43,329 nucleotides of DNA. Origin: Pseudomonadota bacterium (GTDB lineage Bacteria; Bdellovibrionota; FAC87; UBA2466). The DNA lies in assembly GCA_043718025.1 (NCBI GenBank), contig JAYSWN010000006.1, positions 1 through 43,329 of the forward strand, read 5' to 3'. Below, in pieces: positions 26,718-36,668 of the stretch (within the stretch, counting starts at the first letter, position 1; each line of letters opens with the position of its first letter). A program made the position numbers and the translations under genes. A model generated the notes under the pieces. The model was given only the letters and a program-made list of their open reading frames with translations, searched no databases and was not told the origin of the DNA.

Positions 26718-28166
26718 ATGAACGCCCATCGTCCCTCCAGCGCAACGTTTCGAACGCAAACGGCATTGCTCTGCTTATTCGTCATGAACATGAAGGCGGC
26801 GGCCGCCCCCTTTCACATGCCCTCGCGCTCGGTACTGATTGCCGACGAAGTCCTTATTCCGGTTCCCCAGCGCGGGGTGATGCGCTACCACCTGATGAAG
26901 GTGCTGCAGATTCCGGAGAACGAAGTATTCTTCATTCCCACCGCACCTGCTACGCAAGAGTGGGAGGAGTTTGAGACGTGGCAAACGGCGGACCCCCAGG
27001 CCCGACTGGAACTCAATTCTCGCCAACTCATTGCTTCACGCCAGCGCTACGCCCAATTTTGCGATGATAGGGGGTACCTGCGTTACGAACACTTTGCCCG
27101 CGCCCTTTGCGAACACCAGATTGATGTCCGGCGCATGGTGGGCGAAATCTATCGCTTCGGCTACAGCATGGACGCGCAATCGCCCATCTTTAATAGAAAT
27201 GTGCCCCCGGGAATCGAACGCGATTTAGCGGGAATTATGGAACTCGATTCTGGCCGGTCCGCCTTCGCCGTGGTAGCCCCGCACGATCCCAGCGTCATCC
27301 TGGCGACGGTAAGTACCGCTCACGCCGATAGAAATGGCAAAGTCCCGCTGGAAAGCCGCCTTAAAATTGACGGCAAACCCTATACCCTGCCTCCGGTTAC
27401 CGATGAATATTACCAAGACTCTTCACGCCATCCCTATGTCTACTGGAGAAACCCAACTCGATCGTTTCCGTTGGCGGAAGATGTGTTTAATGCCTATCCG
27501 GTGACGGTTAGAAAAAATCTGCGGGTGGAGATTAAGCTCTACGCTAAAGATCCGAGAGATAGTACCCCCTGGGGAGTCATGCTCGCTCGCCAAGCGCTTG
27601 CGCACAACCTCACCCGGCGCACCAACGAGCTGGTACCTAGTGAGTTCATGCCTAAGGAATCCGAATTGGGCCAGGTGCTTGAAATTTACGTTAACGCCGA
27701 GAAACAAATTGCGGACGAGGATATTGAATACCAAATGGCCCTTCGTGATGCGCTCTTCCAGGTAATCCACAGCCAGTGGGTGCGTCGTTACGTTTGGCCC
27801 GAAGAGGTTGTGATTCAAGAGGTGGGACCGCAAGCAAAAAAACTCTACTCACTGTTTTTTGGCATTAAAGACCATTACCCTACGACCCCCGATCCGGATG
27901 TCACCGGATCGATGGTCACCGTGGGTCGAGCCAGCCGCAAAGATTTTGATCAAGTTCTAGCCAGTCAGGCCTTACTCAATCGCGGCGCACCGCTGATGGA
28001 TACTTTTTTTCAACGCCTTTTTCAAACCAGTCCGTTTCGCGACAGCCAATGTTCATTTTTACTGCACGCCATGGCCGTCGAATTCCCCTTTGCCGGAAGC
28101 GATAGGCAAAATCGGAAATGGTTCGAACAAAAGATGAGTGAGCTCTATGCAAAAGGGGTCTTTTGA
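26718..28166 (+). CDS. hypothetical secreted protein, possible GNAT/acyltransferase-like fold
   Basis: Long ORF with a signal-like segment ending in ..KAAA; weak motifs LATV....VPLE, RVEIKLYAK, KLYSLFFG. Confidence 0.6.
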   Translation: MNAHRPSSATFRTQTALLCLFVMNMKAAAAPFHMPSRSVLIADEVLIPVPQRGVMRYHLMKVLQIPENEVFFIPTAPATQEWEEFETWQTADPQARLELNSRQLIASRQRYAQFCDDRGYLRYEHFARALCEHQIDVRRMVGEIYRFGYSMDAQSPIFNRNVPPGIERDLAGIMELDSGRSAFAVVAPHDPSVILATVSTAHADRNGKVPLESRLKIDGKPYTLPPVTDEYYQDSSRHPYVYWRNPTRSFPLAEDVFNAYPVTVRKNLRVEIKLYAKDPRDSTPWGVMLARQALAHNLTRRTNELVPSEFMPKESELGQVLEIYVNAEKQIADEDIEYQMALRDALFQVIHSQWVRRYVWPEEVVIQEVGPQAKKLYSLFFGIKDHYPTTPDPDVTGSMVTVGRASRKDFDQVLASQALLNRGAPLMDTFFQRLFQTSPFRDSQCSFLLHAMAVEFPFAGSDRQNRKWFEQKMSELYAKGVF

Positions 28167-28182
28167 GCGGGAGGAGGCGAGG

Positions 28183-29277
28183 TTACGATTTCGATGCGAC
28201 GTTCAACGCGAGGTTCAAATTAAGTGCCGGTTGGCTTCCCAGTTTTCTAAGCAGGCGCCGGTGTGAGCGAACGGCCGCCGCCATACTTTCATAGCGATGG
28301 TAGGGCACACCAAATTCAACGGCCGTCCTCTGCACGATCGGAGCAATCGCGGCGTAATGCACGTGCGAAACCGCCGGAAAAAGGTGGTGCTCCACCTGGA
28401 AGTTGAGCCCACCAACAAACCAAGTGAGCCAGTAATTGTCGGTTGAAAAATTTGCCGTGGTTTTCAGTTGATGAATAGCCCAATCAGATTCAATGGCCCC
28501 CGCCGAGTTGGGAAGTGGCTGTTCGACCGCTTCCACCAAGTGCGCCAGTTGAAAAACAATCGCCATGATAAAGCCCCCCACCAAATGCATGAGGGTAAAT
28601 CCAAATATCACTTGCCACCAACTCAGGTCAGTCATCAACAAAGGTAATCCCAGAACTACGACGAGGTAGGCAGCCTTCGTAAAGCAGAGGTTAAACATCT
28701 CCCCATTGTTAGTGCTATAGCGCCGCAATTGAAAAAAATCTTTAACCAGCTTTGAAATCGTCAGCAGACCGTAAAGCGGAAACGCGTAGATATGTTGAAA
28801 ACGGTGGATTTTCTTATGCGGTAAATGCGGGGAAAACCGCAGCACCGAACGCCCGCCGATGTCCTCGTCCACGCCAATTACATTGGTAAAGTTGTGATGG
28901 TAATGGTTGTGCTGAAGCTTCCAATTAAGACGGTTGCTGCCGAGCAAATAGATACTTCGGCTGGTGAGACGATTTAACCATCCCCGATTCGAGGTGGCGC
29001 TATGGGCGGCATCGTGCATCACGGCCATTCCCATTCCAGCCATGCCCACGCCCATCAGAATCGACGAAATTAGCAATCCCCAACCATTGAGCGAATTCGT
29101 CAAAATCGCCGCAAAGGGCCCCAAATAGAGCAAAAGCATTAAGGCCGTTTTTATCAACGTTTGCCAGCTACCCTTTCGGCTTAGCTGGGCGGTAGAAAAA
29201 TAGTCGTTCACCCGTCTATTGAGCGTCACGAAAAACTCACTTTGGCTAGCTTCGAATCGCAAGGCTGGCACCACCAT
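28183..29277 (-). CDS. membrane acyl-CoA/fatty acid desaturase
   Basis: Three His boxes HDAAH, HNHYHH, QVEHHLFP; WAIHQLKTTANF. Confidence 0.93.
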   Translation of the reverse strand: MVVPALRFEASQSEFFVTLNRRVNDYFSTAQLSRKGSWQTLIKTALMLLLYLGPFAAILTNSLNGWGLLISSILMGVGMAGMGMAVMHDAAHSATSNRGWLNRLTSRSIYLLGSNRLNWKLQHNHYHHNFTNVIGVDEDIGGRSVLRFSPHLPHKKIHRFQHIYAFPLYGLLTISKLVKDFFQLRRYSTNNGEMFNLCFTKAAYLVVVLGLPLLMTDLSWWQVIFGFTLMHLVGGFIMAIVFQLAHLVEAVEQPLPNSAGAIESDWAIHQLKTTANFSTDNYWLTWFVGGLNFQVEHHLFPAVSHVHYAAIAPIVQRTAVEFGVPYHRYESMAAAVRSHRRLLRKLGSQPALNLNLALNVASKS

Positions 29278-29418
29278 AAATCAAAAAAAGAGCCGTTTAA
29301 GAGCGGCAATACGCTTGAGTAATTGAGCCTAGTATAAGGGAAGTGAGGGGAATAGCAAAACCATGGCGCCATGGCCGCCGGCCGGTGACGAGAGTCCAAT
29401 AAACCGGTAAGACAACGC

Positions 29419-30111
29419 ATGGCAAAAAACCGCAAAGACAAACCCACCGTGGACGTGGTGATCGCCGCCTTAGAACGCCTGACTGCCTATTATACATCGT
29501 CAAATACCGAACTCACCTATGACGGCCCTTTTCAATTATTAACGGCCGTCATTTTATCGGCGCAATGCACCGACTTACAGGTGAACCGCACTACCCCCGC
29601 GCTATTTTCAGCCTACCCCACCCCGCAAAAGATGGCCGCGGCGCCGATTGAGGACCTTGAGCGGCTGGTAAAATCGTGCGGTTTTTACCGCATGAAGGCC
29701 AAGGCGATTAAGAAGACCGCTCAAGATTTAGTAGCTAATTTTAGCGGGCACGTGCCGAAAACAATCGATGAGCTGATTACGCTGGCCGGCGTGGGTCGAA
29801 AAACGGCGAGTGTGGTTTTGAGTCAGGCCTTTGGCATTCCGGCGATTGCCGTCGATACGCACGTGAAACGAGTGGCCCACCGACTAGGCTGGACCCAAAA
29901 TACCGATCCTGAAAAAATCGAGTCTGATTTACGCGATTTAGTGCCGATGCCGCTCTGGAGCGGCATTAATGGCTTTTTAATTCTGCATGGCCGGAGAATA
30001 TGCGGCGCAAGAAAGCCGCGCTGCGCGGAATGCATGCTGCGCTCGCTCTGCCCCTTTGAACCGCTAGAGAGCAAACCGAGCGCGAAGGTTAACCGAGTTC
30101 TCCGGCGATAA
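29419..30111 (+). CDS. nth: endonuclease III
   Basis: FQLLTAVILSAQCTD, HhH motif LAGVGRKTA, VDTHV, and the C-x6-C-x2-C-x5-C 4Fe-4S motif. Confidence 0.97.
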   Translation: MAKNRKDKPTVDVVIAALERLTAYYTSSNTELTYDGPFQLLTAVILSAQCTDLQVNRTTPALFSAYPTPQKMAAAPIEDLERLVKSCGFYRMKAKAIKKTAQDLVANFSGHVPKTIDELITLAGVGRKTASVVLSQAFGIPAIAVDTHVKRVAHRLGWTQNTDPEKIESDLRDLVPMPLWSGINGFLILHGRRICGARKPRCAECMLRSLCPFEPLESKPSAKVNRVLRR

Positions 30112-31149
30112 TCCTCGCCCGTCGATTCGTTGGTAGTACAAAAATAGTTTCAAGTGGGGAAATGGCTCCGAAATGATACCCGAGTGCAATTCCAACAGGT
30201 GGCCGAGAAGAGTCGGGGTCGAAGCCAAATTGGAGTAGCGGATAAACCCCTGCAACCGCGGATGCCCCATACGCAGGGAGAGCACCACCCCTTTGGGCTG
30301 GCGGCGCACGGAAACGTCTTCGTAATTCCCCAACCACCCCTCAATGGCAAAATTCAAAGTCAGCGGCTCATAATCCAATCCGACGAAGGGGTTCAAAATA
30401 TAGTTACTTCGGTAATTCGTGGAGCCGGCCGTTCCTTGAGTGAAGTGGAACCCACCACCTCCCACTGAAAAACGCCACCCGTCGATTGGAATCATCCACC
30501 GCGCGAAACCGGTTAGGGCTCTTGAGTTATTGGTATTGAAGCCAAAAACGCCGTTGCCATTGAAATACCCTGCCGAAACTTCAATCCGATCGGGAACGGG
30601 AGAGGCAGAAAATTCGATGCCGATTTCGCGATTAAGAAACAGAAGTCGCTGACCAACAAAAAAATCTGGAATCCACAGTTCTCCGATATCTGGTGTCCAC
30701 AGAGGATTCAGGTTTGGCGAAAACAGACCAAAGTTCAGAGCAACGTTAGGTTTTTTATTTAGCTGATTTTGTGTTTCGCTCGTAATCCGAAAAAAAGCCT
30801 CGGTGGGAACGAGATTGGGCAAAAGCGCCGAACTGTATTCACGAGCCGGGCTAACCGAAAGGCGATACGTCATCCACGAGCTGGCGACGCCATCCACACC
30901 TAAATAGAAATGGGGGATTGTGAAACCCTGGTTCGTGGGCTCGCCGCCCGAGAAAGCAGCATCGAATCGCGCTTTAACGTTCAGACTCGAGGCAATGCTT
31001 TCATTGACGATCGTGCCCTCTAAGGTCTCTTTTTCAAACTCGGCATCGGCGGCGGCGTCGGCCGAGGGGCGGGGTTGAAAAATGGCAAAGGCGGGCACCG
31101 TCACGGCGCAACCCCACGCAAAAATAAAAAAGGTAAGTAGCTTAGCCAT
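30064..31149 (-). CDS. putative outer-membrane beta-barrel/porin protein
   Basis: Signal peptide; amphipathic strands; REIGIE...GYFNGNG..NTNN, resembling OprO/OprP-like porins; strand-like C-terminus. Confidence 0.6.
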   Translation of the reverse strand: MAKLLTFFIFAWGCAVTVPAFAIFQPRPSADAAADAEFEKETLEGTIVNESIASSLNVKARFDAAFSGGEPTNQGFTIPHFYLGVDGVASSWMTYRLSVSPAREYSSALLPNLVPTEAFFRITSETQNQLNKKPNVALNFGLFSPNLNPLWTPDIGELWIPDFFVGQRLLFLNREIGIEFSASPVPDRIEVSAGYFNGNGVFGFNTNNSRALTGFARWMIPIDGWRFSVGGGGFHFTQGTAGSTNYRSNYILNPFVGLDYEPLTLNFAIEGWLGNYEDVSVRRQPKGVVLSLRMGHPRLQGFIRYSNLASTPTLLGHLLELHSGIISEPFPHLKLFLYYQRIDGRGLSPENSVNLRARFAL

Positions 31150-31154
31150 AGTCT

Positions 31155-32453
31155 TTAAGCTCGCGGTAGTACGACTTCCACGCGAGTGCCCTTGCCCTCG
31201 GTGGAGGTGACATTTATTTCACCCTTGTGGGCCTCAATAATTTTATAGACCGTCGCCAGCCCCAGGCCGGTACCCCGGTCTTTGGTGGTAAAAAAAGGCT
31301 CGTAGAGATGCTTCAGCACTTCGGGATTCATTCCCACGCCATTGTCCTCGACCCAAAGCACCGAATGCAGACTGCTAGCGCGGCAGCCAATACGGACCAG
31401 CCCTTGAGTAGGAATGGCTTGAATTGCATTCATCACTAAATTCCAAACCACTTGCCTCACTTTGCCGGAGTGCCCAAGGGCAATCGACGCTGAGTAGTCT
31501 TCGTGAATGACAATGCGATCGCGCACTTCCTTCATCGCCTTAGCCGAAAGCACCACTTCACTGAGCAAGGCGGTGATATCAACGGGCTCCGCCGCAATTT
31601 GTTCAGGTTTTACAAAATCCAAGAACTCCGTGATGAGGCGGTTCAAGCGGCCCATCTCTTTCAACGCAATATCCATCAACTTCTTGTTTTCAGGGCTCGC
31701 CAGAGTTTCGGCCGGGGCCGCTTTTAGCAGCTCAATGCTGGCGCTGACGCTCGCCAGAGGATTGCGAATCTCGTGGGCGATGCCGGCGGCAAGTTGACCC
31801 ACGGCCGCCAATTTTTCGTGCTGCTTCAATTTCTGCTCATGCTCATTCACCAGCTGCTTCATCGACTCATTTCGCTCGGCAAGTTTTTCTGCCGTTCGGA
31901 TCAGCTCTTCACTCAAGTATCCGCCAATCAGGCCTAAGAGCAGAAAGAGGGTGGAGTAAATGCCCCACGCAAGAAAGCCACCACTCTGGCTATTCTGTGA
32001 AACCACCACCGCAAAGGCGATGCAGGCTAACACTGCAGTACCAAGCGCCCCTTTTTGGTAGAGAATTAGGGAATTAAATAGGATTTGAATCAAGTAAATT
32101 AGAGCGAATACGGTCTCTTTGGCGCCAGAGATAAGTATCCAAGCCGAGGTCAGACTCACGTCGAAGGCAATCTGAAGTGCAGCCACCCACCAGCGCGGCG
32201 GCACTCGTTGTAAAACCCAGCACTGAGTGAGGTTAAACAAAAAACCCGCGCCTACCAAAAGGTAAGCAAGCGAAAAGGTTTGTGGTGTGGCGTTTGGAAA
32301 AAACACTTGGCGAAGCACCAGCACCGTCAGCACCGCGAATAAAAAACCCAGCCGAGCCACCAAAAGCCAATGCAGTGATTCCCTAAAGCCATGGGCGGTG
32401 GGCACGCCCACGCCAAAGAACTGGAGCCCTTTTTTTAATGGTCTGACTAACAT
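31155..32453 (-). CDS. pilS: PilS-like membrane sensor histidine kinase
   Basis: About 6 TM N-terminus starting LHWLLVAR; H-box AHEIRNPL; NLVMNAIQA; DNGVG; FFTTK..GTGLGL; coupled to pilC. Confidence 0.75.
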   Translation of the reverse strand: MLVRPLKKGLQFFGVGVPTAHGFRESLHWLLVARLGFLFAVLTVLVLRQVFFPNATPQTFSLAYLLVGAGFLFNLTQCWVLQRVPPRWWVAALQIAFDVSLTSAWILISGAKETVFALIYLIQILFNSLILYQKGALGTAVLACIAFAVVVSQNSQSGGFLAWGIYSTLFLLLGLIGGYLSEELIRTAEKLAERNESMKQLVNEHEQKLKQHEKLAAVGQLAAGIAHEIRNPLASVSASIELLKAAPAETLASPENKKLMDIALKEMGRLNRLITEFLDFVKPEQIAAEPVDITALLSEVVLSAKAMKEVRDRIVIHEDYSASIALGHSGKVRQVVWNLVMNAIQAIPTQGLVRIGCRASSLHSVLWVEDNGVGMNPEVLKHLYEPFFTTKDRGTGLGLATVYKIIEAHKGEINVTSTEGKGTRVEVVLPRA

Positions 32454-33685
32454 CAGCCGCCAGTCACCTTCTCCGCCAGGGTAAAGATCGGCAAATACAT
32501 GGCGACCAGAAGAAAAGCGACCAGCACACCCACAATGACGATAAGCAGGGGCTGCAGCAGGCCAGTCATGGCGCTTACCGCATCATCCACTTCGTCATCG
32601 TAAATGTCGGCCACCTTATTTAACATCTCATCGAGCTTTCCGGACATTTCACCAATGTTCACCATGTGAATCACCATCGGCGGAAAGAGATCCCCACCCA
32701 TGGCCAATCCTTGCGCAATGCTTTTACCCTCTTGGACCGCAAGCGAAGTTTTCTTTAAAATGTCGCGCACCGCAAAGTTGCCGGTAAGCCGCACGCAGAT
32801 ATCAAAACAATTGAGCAGGGGCACGCCGCTCGAAACCAGCGTGGCCATCGTGCGAGTAAAACGCGCAATCGAGGCCCGGCGGATCAGAGAACCGAACAGA
32901 GGAAGTTTTACGACCAGTCGGTCCCAACCTTCACGGAAGGTCGGAACGCGAAACAGCACCCCAAACCCAACCCCCATGACAAAGAAAGCGGCGAGCATGG
33001 CGCCAACGTTTTCTTGAAACCAGTTTGAAAAGGCCAGTACAAACTTGGTGAGTTCGGGCAGATCAGAGCTTGATTCGCCATAAAGTTTCGCGACTTCGGG
33101 AATCACTTTCACCAGCAAAAAACCCAACACTCCCGCCGCCACAATCACCGTAATGATGGGGTATAAGAGGGCCCCAATCACCTTCGATTTAACCTTGCCC
33201 AGTTTTTCTAATTGAATACCGATTCGCCGCACCGAGGTGTCAAGCGTACCGGAAACTTCGCCGGCTTCGACCACGCGAACAAAAAAATCGGAGAAAGCGC
33301 TGGGGTGTTTGGAGAGCGCCTCGGCCAAACCGCCGCCGCTTTCAACGTCGCTTTTTACCTTGACGAGAATCTGTTTGAAACTGGCCCGAGTCTCCTGCTG
33401 ACCCAAAATGTCTAGGCACTGCACGACGGGAACGCCCGAATCGAGCAGCGAGGAGAACTGCTTAGTAAAAAGCATCAGCCCTTTAATATTGACGGATCCG
33501 GCCAGTCCAAAAGTAAGTAACTTTTTTAGATTTAGATCAAAGCCTTTACCTACGGCCACCCCCAACTTATCGGGGCGAATCTGCATCGCGCGAAGCTTCA
33601 TCCGCGCTTCGACTTCGTCGGCCGCTTCGACAATTCCGTTCACCGGTTCTCTTTGGCGTGTGGTGCCAGTGTATTGGTATCGCAT
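32453..33685 (-). CDS. pilC: type IV pilus inner-membrane platform protein
   Basis: FTKQFSSLLDSGVP, AGEVSGTLD, GEMSGKLDEML, AMYLPIF. Confidence 0.95.
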   Translation of the reverse strand: MRYQYTGTTRQREPVNGIVEAADEVEARMKLRAMQIRPDKLGVAVGKGFDLNLKKLLTFGLAGSVNIKGLMLFTKQFSSLLDSGVPVVQCLDILGQQETRASFKQILVKVKSDVESGGGLAEALSKHPSAFSDFFVRVVEAGEVSGTLDTSVRRIGIQLEKLGKVKSKVIGALLYPIITVIVAAGVLGFLLVKVIPEVAKLYGESSSDLPELTKFVLAFSNWFQENVGAMLAAFFVMGVGFGVLFRVPTFREGWDRLVVKLPLFGSLIRRASIARFTRTMATLVSSGVPLLNCFDICVRLTGNFAVRDILKKTSLAVQEGKSIAQGLAMGGDLFPPMVIHMVNIGEMSGKLDEMLNKVADIYDDEVDDAVSAMTGLLQPLLIVIVGVLVAFLLVAMYLPIFTLAEKVTGG

Positions 33686-33691
33686 ATTTTT

Positions 33692-34771
33692 TTAGGAGGC
33701 TCGTCGCTGCAGATCAGAAAGCATTCGTACCAGATCGTCCGGCTCCGGGGTGGCTTCCAGCGCGTCTTCAATCGTAATCAGCTTGCGTTTTACGAGATTG
33801 AGCAAGCTTTGATTAAAGGTGATCATGCCGGTCAGCTCTTGGCCAATCAACATGGCGGAAGGAATTTGGAACAGCTTATTTTCGCGGATGAGGTTGCGAA
33901 TTGATGCATTGGGAACCATCAGTTCGATGGCCAGCACCCGTCCCTGCCCGTCGGCCCTAGGAATTAGGGCCTGCACCAGAATGCCCTCCAGCACCATTGA
34001 AAGCTGCAAGCGAATCTGATCCTGAAAATCACTTGGAAACACCTGGACGATACGGGTAATGGTCTGCGCCGCACTATTCGTGTGCAACGTGCTCATCACC
34101 AGATGACCGGTCTCAGCGAGCACCAAAGCCGTTTCGATGGTCTCGCGATCGCGCATCTCACCGACCAACACCACATCCGGGTCTTCGCGCAATGCTCCCC
34201 TTAATGCCATGCCAAACCCTTTGGCATCCTGTCCCACTTCCCGTTGGTTCACTAGCGAGTTTTTATGGGAGTGAATGTACTCAATGGGGTCTTCAATGGT
34301 CACAATGTGCAAATGCTCTTCGTGGTTCAACGCATCTACCATCGAGGCTAAGGTCGTTGATTTGCCGCTACCGGTGGCGCCGGTGACTAAAATCAGCCCG
34401 CGCGGTTTGCGCATAAACTTGTCTACTTGGCTAGGCAGGCCGAGCGAAGCGAAGTTAGGAATATCGAAAGGAATATGGCGAAAAGCTCCGGTGACGGCAC
34501 CACGCTGCAGGTAAATATTTCCGCGAAACCGGGCCAGGTCACGAATACCGAACGAAAAATCGATCTGTTTCTGTTCTTCAAAAATGGCCTTCTGATAGTC
34601 GGTTAATACCGAGTAGCAGAGCTCTTTGGTAAGTACCGGGGTCAACGAAGTCATCTTCGCTTTCAAAATGTGACCATGCACGCGGTAGGTGGGCGGCGCC
34701 CCGCTGGTGATGTGCATGTCCGAGGCCCCGTGCTCCAGCATCGCTTTCAGTAACTGGGGTAAGGTCATCAT
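33692..34771 (-). CDS. pilT: type IV pilus retraction ATPase
   Basis: ASDMHI, GATGSGKSTT, LREDPDVVLVGEMRD, AETGHLVMSTLHT, SIRNLIRE. Confidence 0.95.
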   Translation of the reverse strand: MMTLPQLLKAMLEHGASDMHITSGAPPTYRVHGHILKAKMTSLTPVLTKELCYSVLTDYQKAIFEEQKQIDFSFGIRDLARFRGNIYLQRGAVTGAFRHIPFDIPNFASLGLPSQVDKFMRKPRGLILVTGATGSGKSTTLASMVDALNHEEHLHIVTIEDPIEYIHSHKNSLVNQREVGQDAKGFGMALRGALREDPDVVLVGEMRDRETIETALVLAETGHLVMSTLHTNSAAQTITRIVQVFPSDFQDQIRLQLSMVLEGILVQALIPRADGQGRVLAIELMVPNASIRNLIRENKLFQIPSAMLIGQELTGMITFNQSLLNLVKRKLITIEDALEATPEPDDLVRMLSDLQRRAS

Positions 34772-36516
34772 GTTTTAATCATGTCTCCGTCGGGTCTAGA
34801 ATTGTTCAGCACCTCTTCGAGAGTGGTCTGTCCCCGATACAGTTTTAAGAGGGCCGATTGCCTTAGCGTGGTCATTCCTTCTTGAATGGCGCGAAGCCTT
34901 AATGCATCGGTGTTGGCGCCTTTAACGATGAGGTCGCGAATTTTTTCGGTGAGGTACATCACCTCAAAAATACCCTGTCGCCCCTTGTAGCCAGTGCCGC
35001 CACAGTAATCGCAGCCTTTGCCGCGTTTTACTTTAATCGAGCCCATCCACGAATCAGGCACCTCGGCCTCGACCAGCATCTCTTTTGTCACCTTAGGATC
35101 GGCGGCCGCGCACTTTTCGCAGTTTGTCCGCACCAAGCGCTGAGCTTGCACCAGGGTCAAAGCCGCCGTAATCAAGAATGGCTCGATTCCCATGTGCAGC
35201 AGGCGGGTAATGGTGCTGGGCGCGTCGTTGGTGTGGAGGGTGGAAAACACCATGTGGCCGGTGAGCGCCGCTTTAATTGCAATTTCGGCGGTCTCTTGAT
35301 CCCGAATCTCTCCCACCATCACCACGTCTGGATCTTGACGTAGCAAAGAGCGAAGCGCGGCGGCGAAAGTTAGGCCGATGCTCTCTTTCACATGAATTTG
35401 ATTCACGCCGGCGATGTTGTACTCCACCGGATCTTCTACCGTAGAGATATTAACGTCGGGTTGGTTCAGTTCCGAAAGGGCCGCGTAAAGGGTGGTGGAC
35501 TTACCGCTACCGGTAGGGCCGGTAACTAAAATCATGCCGTAAGGTTGACGGGCCGCCTTGGCGAAGAGTTTGAGCTGATCTTCCTCAAAGCCAATGCCAA
35601 CCAGGTTGGGGACGTGCTCGCCTTGATCCAGGAGACGCATCACGACTTTTTCGCCGTAAATCGTCGGTAAAGTGCTCACGCGAATATCAATCTTGCGATC
35701 TTTGGTGCGCACTTGAATACGACCATCTTGCGGCAATCTCTTTTCTGAAATGTCCATTTGCGCCATTACCTTGATACGGGCGGGGGTGGGCACTTTTAAA
35801 TTGGGTGGCAGCTTCATCACTTCGTGTAGAGACCCATCGATGCGCAGGCGTACGCGGGCCATCTGCTCGTAAGGCTCAATGTGAATATCACTCGCTTTGC
35901 GCCGTATGGCTTCGATCAGGAGTTTGTTGATCAGCTTGATAACGGGCTTCTCGCCGACGCCTTCACGATCGACGTCGACGGTGTCATTTTCTTTTCCAAA
36001 TTCAATGGCTCCGGCCGCCTGTTCTACATCCAGAGATTCGTTGGCGATCATTCCCTGATTGTAGGTATTGTCGATGGTACCGCCGGCGCGATTATAAGTG
36101 CGCTCGAGCAGCCCTTTGATCGAACTCTCGGTGGCGATGTAAACCACGACATCGCGGTTACACAAAAAGCGCACGTCATCGACCGCCGCGACATTGGTTG
36201 GATCAGAAATGGCGATGGTGAGGCGATTGCCTTCGAGATTGAGCGGCACCAGTCCGTGTTTTTCGCACAGCGAGATAGGAACCAGCTTCATGAGATCGGC
36301 CGAAACCTGCACTTCGTCCAGGGCAATGGCGGGAATGCCGTATTGCTTGGAAAGAAAGGTAGCCAACACTTTTTCGTTAACGTGGCCCAACGTCACCAAA
36401 CTAGAAGACAAACGCCCCCCCCGGCGCGAAGCACGGTGATCGAGGGCACCCTTTAGCTGCGCTTGAGAAATAATCCCTTGCGCGAGGAGAAGCTCGCCGA
36501 GTTTTCCTGACGACAT
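34768..36516 (-). CDS. pilB: type IV-A pilus extension ATPase
   Basis: MshEN-like N-terminus, ASDIHIEPYE, RLPQDGR, GPTGSGKSTT, CxxC...CxxC Zn motif. Confidence 0.95.
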   Translation of the reverse strand: MSSGKLGELLLAQGIISQAQLKGALDHRASRRGGRLSSSLVTLGHVNEKVLATFLSKQYGIPAIALDEVQVSADLMKLVPISLCEKHGLVPLNLEGNRLTIAISDPTNVAAVDDVRFLCNRDVVVYIATESSIKGLLERTYNRAGGTIDNTYNQGMIANESLDVEQAAGAIEFGKENDTVDVDREGVGEKPVIKLINKLLIEAIRRKASDIHIEPYEQMARVRLRIDGSLHEVMKLPPNLKVPTPARIKVMAQMDISEKRLPQDGRIQVRTKDRKIDIRVSTLPTIYGEKVVMRLLDQGEHVPNLVGIGFEEDQLKLFAKAARQPYGMILVTGPTGSGKSTTLYAALSELNQPDVNISTVEDPVEYNIAGVNQIHVKESIGLTFAAALRSLLRQDPDVVMVGEIRDQETAEIAIKAALTGHMVFSTLHTNDAPSTITRLLHMGIEPFLITAALTLVQAQRLVRTNCEKCAAADPKVTKEMLVEAEVPDSWMGSIKVKRGKGCDYCGGTGYKGRQGIFEVMYLTEKIRDLIVKGANTDALRLRAIQEGMTTLRQSALLKLYRGQTTLEEVLNNSRPDGDMIKT

Positions 36517-36668
36517 AGATGACCAGTGAATTTAAAGAGGGGTTTGAAAGACTCTATCATTATACACGGTACCCGGCGCTCGTTTCTGACTCGCCGGGTC
36601 AGCGCTTCAAGAGGTCGATCACCAAATCGCTTTAACGCGGAGAGCTGACGACGACCGCTGCCTAGCGC

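Noticed and set aside
29262..29276. GGCTGGCACCA as an attR copy of the tRNA 3' end
   Set aside because: The match is too short and imperfect, lies inside the desaturase start, and no integrase is present.
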